Notes: generated by a model not told the origin, from the letters alone. DNA of 64,000 bases from Polyangiaceae bacterium (GCA_965222375.1 CBDCTZ010000016.1:448001-512000); one strand, 5' to 3'. Shown: positions 28,171 through 38,410, numbered from the stretch's first letter. Translations and numbers: made by a program.

Positions 28171-31100
28171 CGGATATCTGCTCCGAGGTTACCCAAAGAC
28201 GAACTCGAAATGTCGTTCACGTTGTCGTAGGAGCCTTCCACGCTGACTCGCGGGCTCAGACGCCACTCGATGTTGGAGCGGATCTCTCGCGAATCCGCCA
28301 AGCCGCTCGTCACGTTGGCCCGGATCCGTCGCGCCAAGCGTTTGCCGATGGTCACCGTTGGCTCGGTGCGTCCCGTTTTCGAGGAGTATGCACTGCCGAA
28401 TCGGAACTCGTCGATCACTGGCAGCGCTTTGGACACTGCCCTGTCTGCACCGCTGAGCGTTCCCAGCGCTTCCAGCGCGACACTCTCGCCAACACTCGCG
28501 CTCTGAGCTTGGTCCAGCTCCGCTCGAGTCAGCCCCACCGTGAGAAGCAGGAAGATGTCGTCTTGGGCCAACGCAGGATCGCTGGTCAGATCGATGCGCA
28601 GGTTCTCGGCGTCGCCATGCGCGTGCATGGTGATGAGCCAACGACCGCCCTGGGCTGCCTTGCCACCAGTGGTCGCCCCGTCGCCGCCAGCGGGTGTATC
28701 CTTGCTCCCCGAAGAGTCCGAGTATCGCTTGTATTCCGTGGTGGCACGCACGTCGACCTTGGGCGCGATGCGGGTGCGGTCGTTGAAGCGCACCGTGCCG
28801 GACTTCACTTCGAACTCGCTTCGCCTCAGTCGGATGCGGCCACCGGGTCTGACCTTCACCTCACCCTGCAGACCAAAGCGCTGATTGGTTCCAGAAAGCT
28901 CGAGGCCTTTGGAGGCCAGCTTGAGCTCCGTGTCCACCAGGTTGTTGCGAATCGTCAGGGGCTTGCTGGCGCGAATGGTCAAGTCCAAGTCGATGAAGTC
29001 GTCGTTGGGATCGTACGCTTCCACTTGAGTCCGTTTGCCGCGCTGCCCCAGGGTGTTGATGTCCGCGGTCATGGTAATCGGCCGAGTGTAGTCGAAGGAA
29101 CGAATGGTCACGTTTCCAGTCAGGCGAGGCAGAGACCTCTGGGTCGTCGTGTCGCCGTCAGGCTGCCAAGTCGCAACTAGATTGCCGTCGACAGAGGCGC
29201 GCATGCCTTGGTCCAACGGCAGGGCGAACTCGCGCAACGTGATGACCGCTCGCGCCGCACCCAGCTCGAATCCCCGTAGTGGCGCGCCGCCGGTGATGGA
29301 CAGGCTACCGTTGCCCACTTGAGCCGTCGCTCGAGTCAGCTTCAGCTCATCACCGTCTACGTCGAGGGCCAGCTCCAGGTTGGTCACCGCTGAAGGCAGG
29401 CCGCGCACGACCATCTCGCCATTCTTGAGACGGAAGCCGCCGCGGTAGCGCAGCGCCTTGATGGGGCCCTTGACGGAGAGCTTTCCTTCGAGCCGCCCCT
29501 TGGCGCGCTCGACCTGGGGAACGTCAGCGACGAAGCTGGACAGTTCCACGGGCCTGAGCGCCAGCTCTGCGGCCACGACCGGGTCCGAGCCCAGATTGGT
29601 CACGCTGCCCCGGACGTCAAACACGCCCCGCTGGCCGCGTTGGGAAACGACCGCCAGGCCCAGGCTCTTCATCTCGAGCTTGCCGTCCGACAAGGACACG
29701 GGGCGCGAGCCACTCAATAGCTCCATTTGGATACCACCTCTTTCGACGGTGAGCCTCTTCATTGCCAGCTTGAGCCGCGCCCCGAGGGGTCGCTCCATTT
29801 CGAGCTTCTCGATCGCCAGAGTGCCGGTCAAACGGCCCTTTGGCTTGGTTTGGGCGAGAGCCACGCTGGGTGACATCTCCGCGAGGCTGCCCAGGTCGAG
29901 ATCGACGAACTCCACGTTGCCAGAGACAAGCTTGCTGCGTTGCCGCGTGACCGCCAGGCGGGACATCCGAACTTGGCCGCCGAGGGCCTTGCCCGAAACC
30001 ATGAATTTGCCGAGGGACTCATCCCGCTCCCACTTCGCTCTATCGAACTCCGGCGTGATGGCCCCGCCGCAGCGCGTGCGCCCGATGACCTTGGGGGCAC
30101 GCATCTTCGGCACCAGTTCCACGCTGACATCGCTGGCCGGCAAGGTCTTCGTGCCGACGCGCACCGGCGACACCCGCACTTGAGACCGAACGACCAACTC
30201 GTCAATGGTGCCCGAGACCTCCGCAGTGCCGCCGCCACGACCGTCAATCATGGGTGCCAGGCTGCCCAACGCGTTGATGCGCGACAGCGGAACCCCCGCG
30301 GCAACGACGTGTCCTGAAACCCGCGCTCCCTGCCGCATTCGAAGGGAACCGAGCAGGGTGCCGTTTCCCTTTGTCAGCTTGAGGCTGGGTACATCCAGGT
30401 CGATGCCTTGGTAGCTGGCGTCGCGATCCATCCATCGGAAGTCGAACTCGGCCTTGCCCGTGTCGTAGCGCTCCTCGAAAAGGTCCAACTTCGAGAAATC
30501 CATATTGCCTGCGACTTTGAGCAGCCCGCCGCCACAGCGGTCCCGCCTGCCACCGAGGTCGTAGTGCACCGATGCGTCCACTTTGCCCGCACCCATGATC
30601 GGATCGAAGCGTGGGTCCTTGTCGAACAGGAACATCGCAAAGAAGTCGCGTACGTCAAAGCGCTTCGACGTAACCCGGGCGTCGACCAACACGGACGAAT
30701 CTGTGTCGAAATTGAGCCGCGCCGTTGGAACTCGGAACTCACTCTTGCCCTTGCTGCCGACGACATCCGTGAAGTCGACCTTGAGGGGCCGGAACTTCAC
30801 CTTGCTGCTTCTGATATTGCCGATCGGAAACCCCCCGAACTCCAACTTGGCGACGGAAAGATCCCCCGTCAGGAGTGGGTTCCCGGACTTGCCTTTCATG
30901 CTCACGGAAAGCTCCGCCAGCCCGGCCCAGGGGATGTCGATCAGTGGGCTGACGTCGGAGAGATCGATTTTCGAACCCTTCGAAATGTCGAGACTGATGT
31001 CGTTGTTGAAACCAATGCTCACCATCTTGGCGAGCACAGCGCTGCGGCCGAAGCTCGCGCGGGTGTCGTAAAACTGCAGCGCCTTGGGGCGCACGCCCAC

Positions 31101-32591
31101 CTTTCCCCGAATGCTCGCACTGCGTACGCCGATCATGTGGCGCTTGGCAGAACTCTGATACGAGCGGTCGAAGACCTCGAAGTTCTTCGTCTCTGCGCTG
31201 AGGTTCCCATCCAGTTTGAGGGGATTCAGCGTGCCTTTGAACCCAGTGACCCGGGTCGTACTCAAGTCCCACTGCACGATCGTGTTGGGCGTCACGCCGA
31301 GATCTCGCATCAGCGCGGGAAAGGTCACCCCGGTGCCGTCAAGGCGCCCAACGGTCATCGGCACGCCGTCGTCGGTGGGGTGGATCTCGGCATCCTTGAT
31401 GACGATGCGACCCTCGGCGAACTCCGTCTCGAAGCGCGGAAGAATGATCGTGTCGCCGGACACTTCGACGTCTGCTTTCAACGTCTTGGCCAGGTAGTAG
31501 GTATCCAGCCCGAGGCCTGCGCCCCGGACTTTTCCGCGAACCTCTGGCAGGTCGTAGTGACCGTCGTAGCGTAGGTCTCCCGCGAAGGCCGCCCAGCCGA
31601 ATAATGGCGGCACTCCCTCGATCCGATTGGCCAGATTGGCCGGTGCGCGTGCGACCACGTGGCCGTCCAAAAGCGGAGCCTCTCCTTTGCGAAAGACGAC
31701 CCGCATTTGCGACAGACGCAAGGCGACCCGCGACGGGTCGGCCTCATCGCTCTGCTTGCAATCGGGGAAGGTGTGCTCCGCGGGATCCGCGTCGGAGCGA
31801 CCTAATAATGAGAGGCGACGAATGAGAATCGACCCCGGTTCTGCGCGGGCGCGCAGCTCGGTGCGACACACGATGTCTTCGTCCCAGGCCTTGAAGGTCA
31901 CAGATCGCGTGGCGACGCTTTCGGTCGCCGACGCAGCCCCCGGCGCTCCCTGGACAGTCATGGGTCGTCCACGTGCGACTCGAGTTTCGCCTGCGCGCAC
32001 TGCCACTTCGAAGCTCGGCCCGTTCTCGGCGAAAACGTCTACATCCAACGGCCAAGCTATCACCTTCACGTCGTCTACGCTCAGCGAGAGCCGCGCGTCG
32101 GAGATCCCCAGGGACGCAAAGGGGGCCCGTTTCATTTCCGGTGCGGGACCGTCACGTTTGGGTAGCCGATACTTCAGGTTCTTGATTTCGCCATCCCGTA
32201 CGACGAGACGAATGTCGGGCTCTTCGACCTCGACGTCACCAACGTCCAAGCGCCCTGCCATGAGCGAGAAGATCCGAGGTCGAACCGCAACGCGTTTGGC
32301 GGCAAAAGCAGGGCTGCCGCCGTCGCTCGCGGGTAGCTCGAGGTCCTCCAAAGCGATCTGGAGCGGCCAGAGTTCGACGCGTACCCGGTAGCGCGCCTCG
32401 ACGCCCAACTCCTCGGACAACACCCGTCGCGTTTCGTCCGACGCCCAATTCAAGACCCAGTCCGTTCTGGTCAAGACCCCCGCAGCGAGCGGAAGTGCCC
32501 CAATCACGGCGAAAACCGCGCAGATCAGACGGGCGACGAGGCGTCCCCAGTCGCGGAGGGCGCGGGGCGGGCGCGCAGTGGGCACAGCCAT
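28149..32591 (-). CDS. tamB: Translocation/assembly module TamB (AsmA-like) protein
   Basis: About 1480 aa, N-terminal TM, beta-rich; DUF490-like C-terminus ending GADIRWRLEFE. Confidence 0.88.
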   Translation of the reverse strand: MAVPTARPPRALRDWGRLVARLICAVFAVIGALPLAAGVLTRTDWVLNWASDETRRVLSEELGVEARYRVRVELWPLQIALEDLELPASDGGSPAFAAKRVAVRPRIFSLMAGRLDVGDVEVEEPDIRLVVRDGEIKNLKYRLPKRDGPAPEMKRAPFASLGISDARLSLSVDDVKVIAWPLDVDVFAENGPSFEVAVRAGETRVARGRPMTVQGAPGAASATESVATRSVTFKAWDEDIVCRTELRARAEPGSILIRRLSLLGRSDADPAEHTFPDCKQSDEADPSRVALRLSQMRVVFRKGEAPLLDGHVVARAPANLANRIEGVPPLFGWAAFAGDLRYDGHYDLPEVRGKVRGAGLGLDTYYLAKTLKADVEVSGDTIILPRFETEFAEGRIVIKDAEIHPTDDGVPMTVGRLDGTGVTFPALMRDLGVTPNTIVQWDLSTTRVTGFKGTLNPLKLDGNLSAETKNFEVFDRSYQSSAKRHMIGVRSASIRGKVGVRPKALQFYDTRASFGRSAVLAKMVSIGFNNDISLDISKGSKIDLSDVSPLIDIPWAGLAELSVSMKGKSGNPLLTGDLSVAKLEFGGFPIGNIRSSKVKFRPLKVDFTDVVGSKGKSEFRVPTARLNFDTDSSVLVDARVTSKRFDVRDFFAMFLFDKDPRFDPIMGAGKVDASVHYDLGGRRDRCGGGLLKVAGNMDFSKLDLFEERYDTGKAEFDFRWMDRDASYQGIDLDVPSLKLTKGNGTLLGSLRMRQGARVSGHVVAAGVPLSRINALGSLAPMIDGRGGGTAEVSGTIDELVVRSQVRVSPVRVGTKTLPASDVSVELVPKMRAPKVIGRTRCGGAITPEFDRAKWERDESLGKFMVSGKALGGQVRMSRLAVTRQRSKLVSGNVEFVDLDLGSLAEMSPSVALAQTKPKGRLTGTLAIEKLEMERPLGARLKLAMKRLTVERGGIQMELLSGSRPVSLSDGKLEMKSLGLAVVSQRGQRGVFDVRGSVTNLGSDPVVAAELALRPVELSSFVADVPQVERAKGRLEGKLSVKGPIKALRYRGGFRLKNGEMVVRGLPSAVTNLELALDVDGDELKLTRATAQVGNGSLSITGGAPLRGFELGAARAVITLREFALPLDQGMRASVDGNLVATWQPDGDTTTQRSLPRLTGNVTIRSFDYTRPITMTADINTLGQRGKRTQVEAYDPNDDFIDLDLTIRASKPLTIRNNLVDTELKLASKGLELSGTNQRFGLQGEVKVRPGGRIRLRRSEFEVKSGTVRFNDRTRIAPKVDVRATTEYKRYSDSSGSKDTPAGGDGATTGGKAAQGGRWLITMHAHGDAENLRIDLTSDPALAQDDIFLLLTVGLTRAELDQAQSASVGESVALEALGTLSGADRAVSKALPVIDEFRFGSAYSSKTGRTEPTVTIGKRLARRIRANVTSGLADSREIRSNIEWRLSPRVSVEGSYDNVNDISSSSLGNLGADIRWRLEFE

Positions 32592-32690
32592 TGAAGCGTA
32601 TCGCGGCGCGGGTGTTCGCGCCAAAATCGGAGAGATTCCAGATGTTTGACGCCAGACGAGGCGAGTTTGTTCAGTGGCCTCGGAAGCGGC

Positions 32691-33659
32691 TTACTTCACC
32701 TGATACGTCACGCGTACCGGGTCGTGGTCTGCCACCGCATCCACTGTCGGAAGATGGCTGATGTCCACGGAGGTCTTGAACACTCGATCCGTAAGCGATA
32801 GCGCGACTGAATCCAGGATTTGATCGTCGAAGAGCTTGGGGCCGCCAAAGGTCACACTCCAGCGTTCGTTCGCCGGCATCTCCGTGGTGGCGCTGACGAG
32901 CTCCAGTGGCGGCGCTCCGGCCAGCGCAGTCATCGGCGGTGAGCCCGGCACGTCGTTGAAGTCGCCGAGTACCACCACCATGGCGCCCGGATCGGCGAAT
33001 TTGATTTCCGTCGCAATTCGCCGGGTCTGCTCGGCCTCGGCCAAACGCTTGAGCTGGCTGTCCGGGTCCTGGCCGCTTTTCCAGTGCACGCCGAGCAGAG
33101 CCACATGACGACCGTTAAAGCTCAGATGGGCGTCCAACACGTCCCGAGCAAACTTGAACGTTCGTGTGGGATCCGAGGAAGACTTGAAGAACTCGTCCTT
33201 GTGGGACAGCACCGGGCCCAGGGGATGGTCACTCAGAATGGCAATGTCGATGCCGCGGGGATCGTTACCTTGGGTGATGTGCGTGTGAGCAAAGCGCCCA
33301 GCAACCTGAGCCAGGTCCGCGACGACCGTGGCGTTCTCGACTTCCTGCAAGATGGCGATGTCGGCCTTTTGCTCGTCAAGAACACCTGCGATACCGGCGA
33401 GCTTGGTCTGATACTCGCTTTGGGGCACGATGATCTCGTCCGCCTGCTTCACCTCGGGGCTATCTCGAACGCTGTTGTAGAGGTTCTTCACGTTCCAGGT
33501 GACGATGGTCAGGGCTCTGGGGGCGCCGGCCTCGAAGGACGAATCTGGCAGTGGCGTGCCCGCGTCGACCACCGGTTGGCCTGGGGCGGGTTCGTTGTTG
33601 GGACAGCCTGACCCGCCAAAAGCCAGCAACAACAGAGCGAGAAAAGCGAAGCGACGCAT
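32691..33659 (-). CDS. Endonuclease/exonuclease/phosphatase family lipoprotein
   Basis: TWNVKNL, LQEVEN, GNDPRGIDI, HWKS, LGDFND, ADHDPV. Confidence 0.92.
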   Translation of the reverse strand: MRRFAFLALLLLAFGGSGCPNNEPAPGQPVVDAGTPLPDSSFEAGAPRALTIVTWNVKNLYNSVRDSPEVKQADEIIVPQSEYQTKLAGIAGVLDEQKADIAILQEVENATVVADLAQVAGRFAHTHITQGNDPRGIDIAILSDHPLGPVLSHKDEFFKSSSDPTRTFKFARDVLDAHLSFNGRHVALLGVHWKSGQDPDSQLKRLAEAEQTRRIATEIKFADPGAMVVVLGDFNDVPGSPPMTALAGAPPLELVSATTEMPANERWSVTFGGPKLFDDQILDSVALSLTDRVFKTSVDISHLPTVDAVADHDPVRVTYQVK

Positions 33660-33776
33660 ACAGCTGGCAGAATGGCGCAGCTGAGGTCGAAGTGCGAGCA
33701 GCTTTAGCCAAATTCCTCAGGTGGAGGTGGCCTCTGTCTGTGCTAAGAGCCTGCGCCCGTCGACCTTTCTTGCAGG

Positions 33777-34721
33777 TTGGCGCCCATGCCGATGGCAAAG
33801 CAAGTTGACAGCGAGCCCGATACGGATCGGGTGATCACTGCGTTGGAGCGCGCGGTGGAGTGCGCCGAGCGCGGTGTAACCACTCGCCCCATCGTTTTGG
33901 CGCAAACGGCGGACGTAGCCGCGCTGTCGCCCAAAGACCTTCGTCCTCATCTAGATCGGGTGATCATGGGCGAGTATCCAGATCTGGGCCTGGATTCGCT
34001 GCTGTCGACTGGCGTGCTGGACGCACTCTTGCCAGAGGTGCAGGCCATGGTCGGCTTTGGCGACGGCGAATGGCGTCACAAAGACGTGTGGAAACATACT
34101 AAACAGGTGGTGTCCCAAGCCGTTCCCCAGTTGGAAGTTCGTTGGGCCGCGCTCTTCCACGACATTGGCAAAGTAAGGACTCGTTCGATCTCACCCTCAG
34201 GCGAGGTGCACTTCTTCGGACACGCGGAAGTAGGTGCTCGCATGTTCGACAAGATGGAGCGTCGCGAGAGCCTGTTCCGGGCTGATGAGGCGCTGCGCGC
34301 AGAAATCCGCTTCCTCGTGCTGCACCACCTGCGGGCGAGTCAGTATGATGGGAGTTGGAGGGACAGCGCTGTGCGTCGCTTTGCCCGGGATATGGGCCCG
34401 CATTTGGCGGACCTAATGTGCCTGTCCCGTGCGGACATCACGACCAAGCGTCCGGCCAAGAAGCGCCGCGGCATTGCCATGATCGACGAGCTCGCGGGAC
34501 GCATTACTCAGCTCGCGGCCGAGGATGCCAAGCAGCCCCCGCTACCTACGGGGGTGGGTACCGCGATTATGGACGCATTCGGTTTGCCTCCTTCTCGCCA
34601 GATTGGCGACATCAAGAGAGCCCTCGAAGCAGCGGTGGAAGCAGGGGAACTGCCCGCGGGCCAAGAGAGCAGCTACTACGTTCAGTACTTGAGCGAAAAC
34701 CCCGAGCGCTTTGGACTCTGA
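33777..34721 (+). CDS. HD-domain protein resembling the C-terminal half of CCA-adding enzymes
   Basis: LLPEV, HKDVWKHT, AALFHDIGK, HFFGHAEVGA, DSAVRR, RADITT; no N-terminal GG...DxD nucleotidyltransferase motif. Confidence 0.85.
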   Translation: MAPMPMAKQVDSEPDTDRVITALERAVECAERGVTTRPIVLAQTADVAALSPKDLRPHLDRVIMGEYPDLGLDSLLSTGVLDALLPEVQAMVGFGDGEWRHKDVWKHTKQVVSQAVPQLEVRWAALFHDIGKVRTRSISPSGEVHFFGHAEVGARMFDKMERRESLFRADEALRAEIRFLVLHHLRASQYDGSWRDSAVRRFARDMGPHLADLMCLSRADITTKRPAKKRRGIAMIDELAGRITQLAAEDAKQPPLPTGVGTAIMDAFGLPPSRQIGDIKRALEAAVEAGELPAGQESSYYVQYLSENPERFGL

Positions 34722-34799
34722 GCGGGCACAGAGGCGACGGCCGCAAAAAAAAACTGTCGTTTGGTTGAGCGCTCTGGCTCCCCCTGCCAAAATCCCCTT

Positions 34800-36527
34800 G
34801 TGAGAATTCACCAGATCGCTTGGGTCGCATTGGCCATGGCTCCCATCGCCTGCGGTCGCGCCGGGCTGGAAGATGATCTTTCTTCCGGCGGCGCAGGCGG
34901 CGCAGGCGGTACGGGCGCTGTCGGCGGCGTTGGTGGTATCGGGGGCATCGGCGGTTCCGGCGGCGGCGGCACGGGTGGTCTCGGTGGAAGTGGCGGCATT
35001 GGTGGTGGACCCATCGGTGGAAGTGGCGGCATTGGTGGTGGACCCGTTGGCGGCAGCGGCGGCGGCCCAAGTGGCGGCACCGGTGGTGGTCCCAGTGGTG
35101 ATTGTTGCTCCCCGCACGAATTCCCTGGTTGCAATGTTCCAGAGGTCATGGCCTGCGTTTGCGCCACGGACAATTTCTGTTGCGAACAGTCTTGGGACCA
35201 ACTGTGCGTTGAAGAGGTCACGTCACTCGGCTGTGGAAGCTGTGGCGGAACCGGCGGTAGCGGCGGCGGACCCATCGGTGGCAGTGGCGGTGTCGGCGGT
35301 GGTCCCATCGGCGGATCGGGTGGCATCGGCGGTTTCGGCGGCGGACCCATCGGTGGCTTCGGAGGAAGCGGTGGCTTCGGCGGTGGACCCGTTGGCGGCT
35401 TCGGCGGCAGCGGCGGCTTCGGCGGTGGACCGATAGGTGGCTTCGGAGGAAGCGGCGGTTTCGGTGGTGGTCCCATCGGTGGCTTTGGCGGCACCGGCGG
35501 CGGACCAGGCTTCGACTGTTGCCAGGTGCACCCCACGCCCGGGTGCATCGATCCGAAGATCACGCAGTGCGTCTGCGCATCGGATCCGTACTGCTGTCAG
35601 CAGAACTGGGATTCCCTGTGCGTTGAGGAAGTCACGACCCTCGGCTGCGGCACCTGCGGTGGCACCGGAGGCACGGGTGGAGGTGGCACCGGAGGCATCG
35701 GCGGCTTCGGTGGCGGTCCCATTGGCGGATTTGGCGGCTTCGGCGGCGGCCCCGTGGGTGGCTTCGGCGGTTTCGGGGGAACCGGTGGCACGCCCGGCTT
35801 CTGCGGTAACGGCGTCCCAGAACCAGGCGAGCAATGCGACGACGGTCCCAAGAACCAAGATCGACCCGCGTTCCAGCTGCAGCAGGGCGCGGTCAGCGTC
35901 GCGATCACGCCTCTGGACACCTTCAGCAGTGTTCAACAGTTCTACGGCTACAGCTCAGCTAGCAGCCACACTGGCTTTGAAGAGCTGATGGCCAGCCGCA
36001 TCATCCTGCATCGCAACCTGAACGGCGGACAGCTGAGCCTGATCATGCATCACGGCATCGATCAAAACACCTCGGGTCAGCCCCAACCCTCGACCCAGGT
36101 CAAGGCGAGTATCACCGGCCTTCCGGTGCAGACCTTCGTGACGGTTGCAGATGACAACCTCAACGAGTTCAACAAGAGCGGTAGCACGGCAGCAGTTGGC
36201 GCCTGGCAGTTCGTGAACAACTCCGACGGCGGAGCTATCAGCCAGCTGCCCATTCCGGGCAGTTGGATCGTCGGGATCTCCATGGGGTTTTCCAACGGAA
36301 TCAACGACTGGGCCTTCGTGAACGGGAACTCCAGCTTCGTTGCGCTCAACCAGTCTCAATCGGTCACGCTGATCGCCTACGACAAGCCCAGCACCTGCCG
36401 GACCGACTGCACCAAGCCGTTCTGCGGCGACGGGATCCTCGACGGCGGCGAGGTCTGCGAGCCCGGTCTCACTCCGAATTGCGCGCCGGACTGCAAGTCG
36501 CTAATCAACCTACCCGACCCAGGGTAG
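34800..36527 (+). CDS. Gly-rich lipoprotein with two Cys-rich modules and myxococcal Cys-rich (DUF4215-like) repeats
   Basis: Lipobox PIAC; two DCC..H..PGC...CVC..D..CC...WD.LC modules; CGNGVPEPGEQCDDG and CGDGILDGGEVC. Confidence 0.8.
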   Translation: MRIHQIAWVALAMAPIACGRAGLEDDLSSGGAGGAGGTGAVGGVGGIGGIGGSGGGGTGGLGGSGGIGGGPIGGSGGIGGGPVGGSGGGPSGGTGGGPSGDCCSPHEFPGCNVPEVMACVCATDNFCCEQSWDQLCVEEVTSLGCGSCGGTGGSGGGPIGGSGGVGGGPIGGSGGIGGFGGGPIGGFGGSGGFGGGPVGGFGGSGGFGGGPIGGFGGSGGFGGGPIGGFGGTGGGPGFDCCQVHPTPGCIDPKITQCVCASDPYCCQQNWDSLCVEEVTTLGCGTCGGTGGTGGGGTGGIGGFGGGPIGGFGGFGGGPVGGFGGFGGTGGTPGFCGNGVPEPGEQCDDGPKNQDRPAFQLQQGAVSVAITPLDTFSSVQQFYGYSSASSHTGFEELMASRIILHRNLNGGQLSLIMHHGIDQNTSGQPQPSTQVKASITGLPVQTFVTVADDNLNEFNKSGSTAAVGAWQFVNNSDGGAISQLPIPGSWIVGISMGFSNGINDWAFVNGNSSFVALNQSQSVTLIAYDKPSTCRTDCTKPFCGDGILDGGEVCEPGLTPNCAPDCKSLINLPDPG

Positions 36528-36570
36528 CGAGCCCCGCTCGCAGCCCAGTGGTTTGTCGGGCCGTCTCATA

Positions 36571-37161
36571 ATGTCCGTTCCAGCACCGAAACTCGCGGTT
36601 TACGCAGACCTGCTCGCTCTGGCAGACGATGTCAGAGCGGAGATCCTTGCTGGGCACATCATCACAACGCCGGCGCCGCTGCCGAAACACTCGAAGGCGC
36701 AGCGGGCTCTCGGGCGGTTTGTCGGTGGACCCTTTGACGATGACGACGGGCACGGCGGGCCAGGGGGCTGGTGGATCTTCGTTGAGGTTGACGTTGAATT
36801 CGGAACTCATGACATCGTCCGACCGGATCTCTCCGGGTGGCGGCGCGAGCGGTTGGTGGACCCCGGTGACAAGCGGCCGATCCAAGTAGCACCGGATTGG
36901 GTCTGCGAGATCCTCTCGCCGAGCACCGCCACAAGAGACAAAGTGGCCAAGCGAAAACTCTACGCGCAACATGGGGTTCGCCACTATTGGATCGTCGACG
37001 TCGACGCGCGCACGCTCGAAGCCTTCGAGCTTCGAGACGGACATTGGACGCTGCTGGACAGCTACGACGACACTGCAACGGCGCGCATTCCACCGTTTGG
37101 GCGGGTGCAGCTCACGGTTGACCGTCTGTTCCTCCCGAAGAGCACCGATCCAGAGCCGTAG
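36571..37161 (+). CDS. Uma2 family PD-(D/E)XK endonuclease
   Basis: VRPDLSGWRRER, APDWVCEILSPST, KRKLYAQHGVRHYWIVD. Confidence 0.93.
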   Translation: MSVPAPKLAVYADLLALADDVRAEILAGHIITTPAPLPKHSKAQRALGRFVGGPFDDDDGHGGPGGWWIFVEVDVEFGTHDIVRPDLSGWRRERLVDPGDKRPIQVAPDWVCEILSPSTATRDKVAKRKLYAQHGVRHYWIVDVDARTLEAFELRDGHWTLLDSYDDTATARIPPFGRVQLTVDRLFLPKSTDPEP

Positions 37162-37162
37162 T

Positions 37163-37225
37163 GCGAACTCGCCCGACTTGACGGACACATCAGGAACAGT
37201 GGATCCCGATTGGATCGCATCTGAG
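37163..37225 (+). pseudogene. Possible IS4/IS50-type transposase C-terminal scrap
   Basis: LARLDGHIRNSG followed, after a frameshift, by DPDWI resembles the IARLGGHxxxxGxPGW motif. Confidence 0.35.
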
Positions 37226-37229
37226 CTGG

Positions 37230-37400
37230 TCATTCCACATCGCGAATCCTGCCACCGATGCGCCGAGCCTTGCCGAAGTTAAACTCGTCTGGGCAACTCG
37301 AGTTCCGGACGACCGCGAAACAGCCGCAAACGCGCCGGGCGCATGTACAAGGAGTCGAGCAGCGTCTTTTCTGGCACATCTACCTGCGCGAACGGCGCGC
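37230..37400 (-). pseudogene. C-terminal remnant of an AbiEi-like (type IV TA) antitoxin
   Basis: VPEKTLLDSLYMRPARLRLFRGRPELELP then, after a frameshift, DEFNFGKARRI; PEK.L.D.LY is typical of AbiEi C-terminal domains. Confidence 0.5.
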
Positions 37401-38381
37401 CTAACTCCAAGTCACCGTTCTGAGGGTCCTGGCCAGAGCGCCGACTACGGCGCGTAGCCCGGTCGTCTCTCGGGCAGTCTCCGGCAGCTTGGCCGTCGGA
37501 AGCTGGCGCAGCCAACATTCTGTGCCACCTTCTTTCAGCAAACCCGACAGACCATAAACGCGCATCCGCTCGTAGGGAATGCCGGCGCTGCGGGCTGCGG
37601 CGAAATCCGCTGCCAGTGCGGAAACGTCCGGGTAGCGATCTCCCGCGTCCAGGCCCAACGCCGGGGTGCCGATCACACCTAGGTCCATGCCTGCGCGTTC
37701 TCCGAAGCGCTGTACCGCCGATTGGGCATAGGAAGCGACCAATGACGGCCCGAACCAGAGCCCAGCGAGTTGGGCGAACGCGGTTTGGTACACCATGAAA
37801 GACACTTCGTCCCAGTCCAGGTTGGACACCGGCGTGTCCAAAGCGTCCTCGAGGATCGCCCCGTCCTCAGCGTCGTCCAAGATGAGGGGAAACGCGGTTG
37901 CGTGTGCCGAAACACCCTTCCGCTGAAGCTGAGCGATGGCCGCGCCAAAGTGCTTTCGCGCTTCTTCGAACGCCACCGGGTCGACATGCTGGGCGAGCAG
38001 CCGCGGCAGCTGGATGGCCTTGCACTTCCGGAGTTTCACTGCGTAGTCGTGGCCGGGCTCTAAATCAAAGGAAACTCCGTCGAAGACCGGGCCCCCAGGC
38101 GCATCACGCCAGCGCATCAGATCAGCGATGATGGGCTGAAGCTTCGCAGCGTTGTGCTCACCCAGCCAGTAGCCATCTTCAATCGAGAACAACAGCCAAA
38201 CGTAGACCGAGAGGCCGAGCTCACCTGCTGCACGAGTCAGCTTGGCAAAGCTCGGCTCGCCGATGCGCTTGACCGAAAGCGACAGGTGCAGCCGGCTGAG
38301 CTGCGGCGCGATTGCTGGCAGCGCTGCAGTCACCTCCTCGTCGCTGAGGAACTCGACCCAGACTCCAGGCTTGCCGCTCAT
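37401..38381 (-). CDS. Hypothetical protein, possible TIM-barrel glycoside-hydrolase-like fold
   Basis: Alternating beta/alpha pattern, FDGVSFDLEP, VSFMVY; ATG 30 bp downstream of the kinase stop. Confidence 0.6.
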   Translation of the reverse strand: MSGKPGVWVEFLSDEEVTAALPAIAPQLSRLHLSLSVKRIGEPSFAKLTRAAGELGLSVYVWLLFSIEDGYWLGEHNAAKLQPIIADLMRWRDAPGGPVFDGVSFDLEPGHDYAVKLRKCKAIQLPRLLAQHVDPVAFEEARKHFGAAIAQLQRKGVSAHATAFPLILDDAEDGAILEDALDTPVSNLDWDEVSFMVYQTAFAQLAGLWFGPSLVASYAQSAVQRFGERAGMDLGVIGTPALGLDAGDRYPDVSALAADFAAARSAGIPYERMRVYGLSGLLKEGGTECWLRQLPTAKLPETARETTGLRAVVGALARTLRTVTWS

Positions 38382-38410
38382 GGCTTTTCGAAAAACGAGG
38401 GCGCTGCAAG

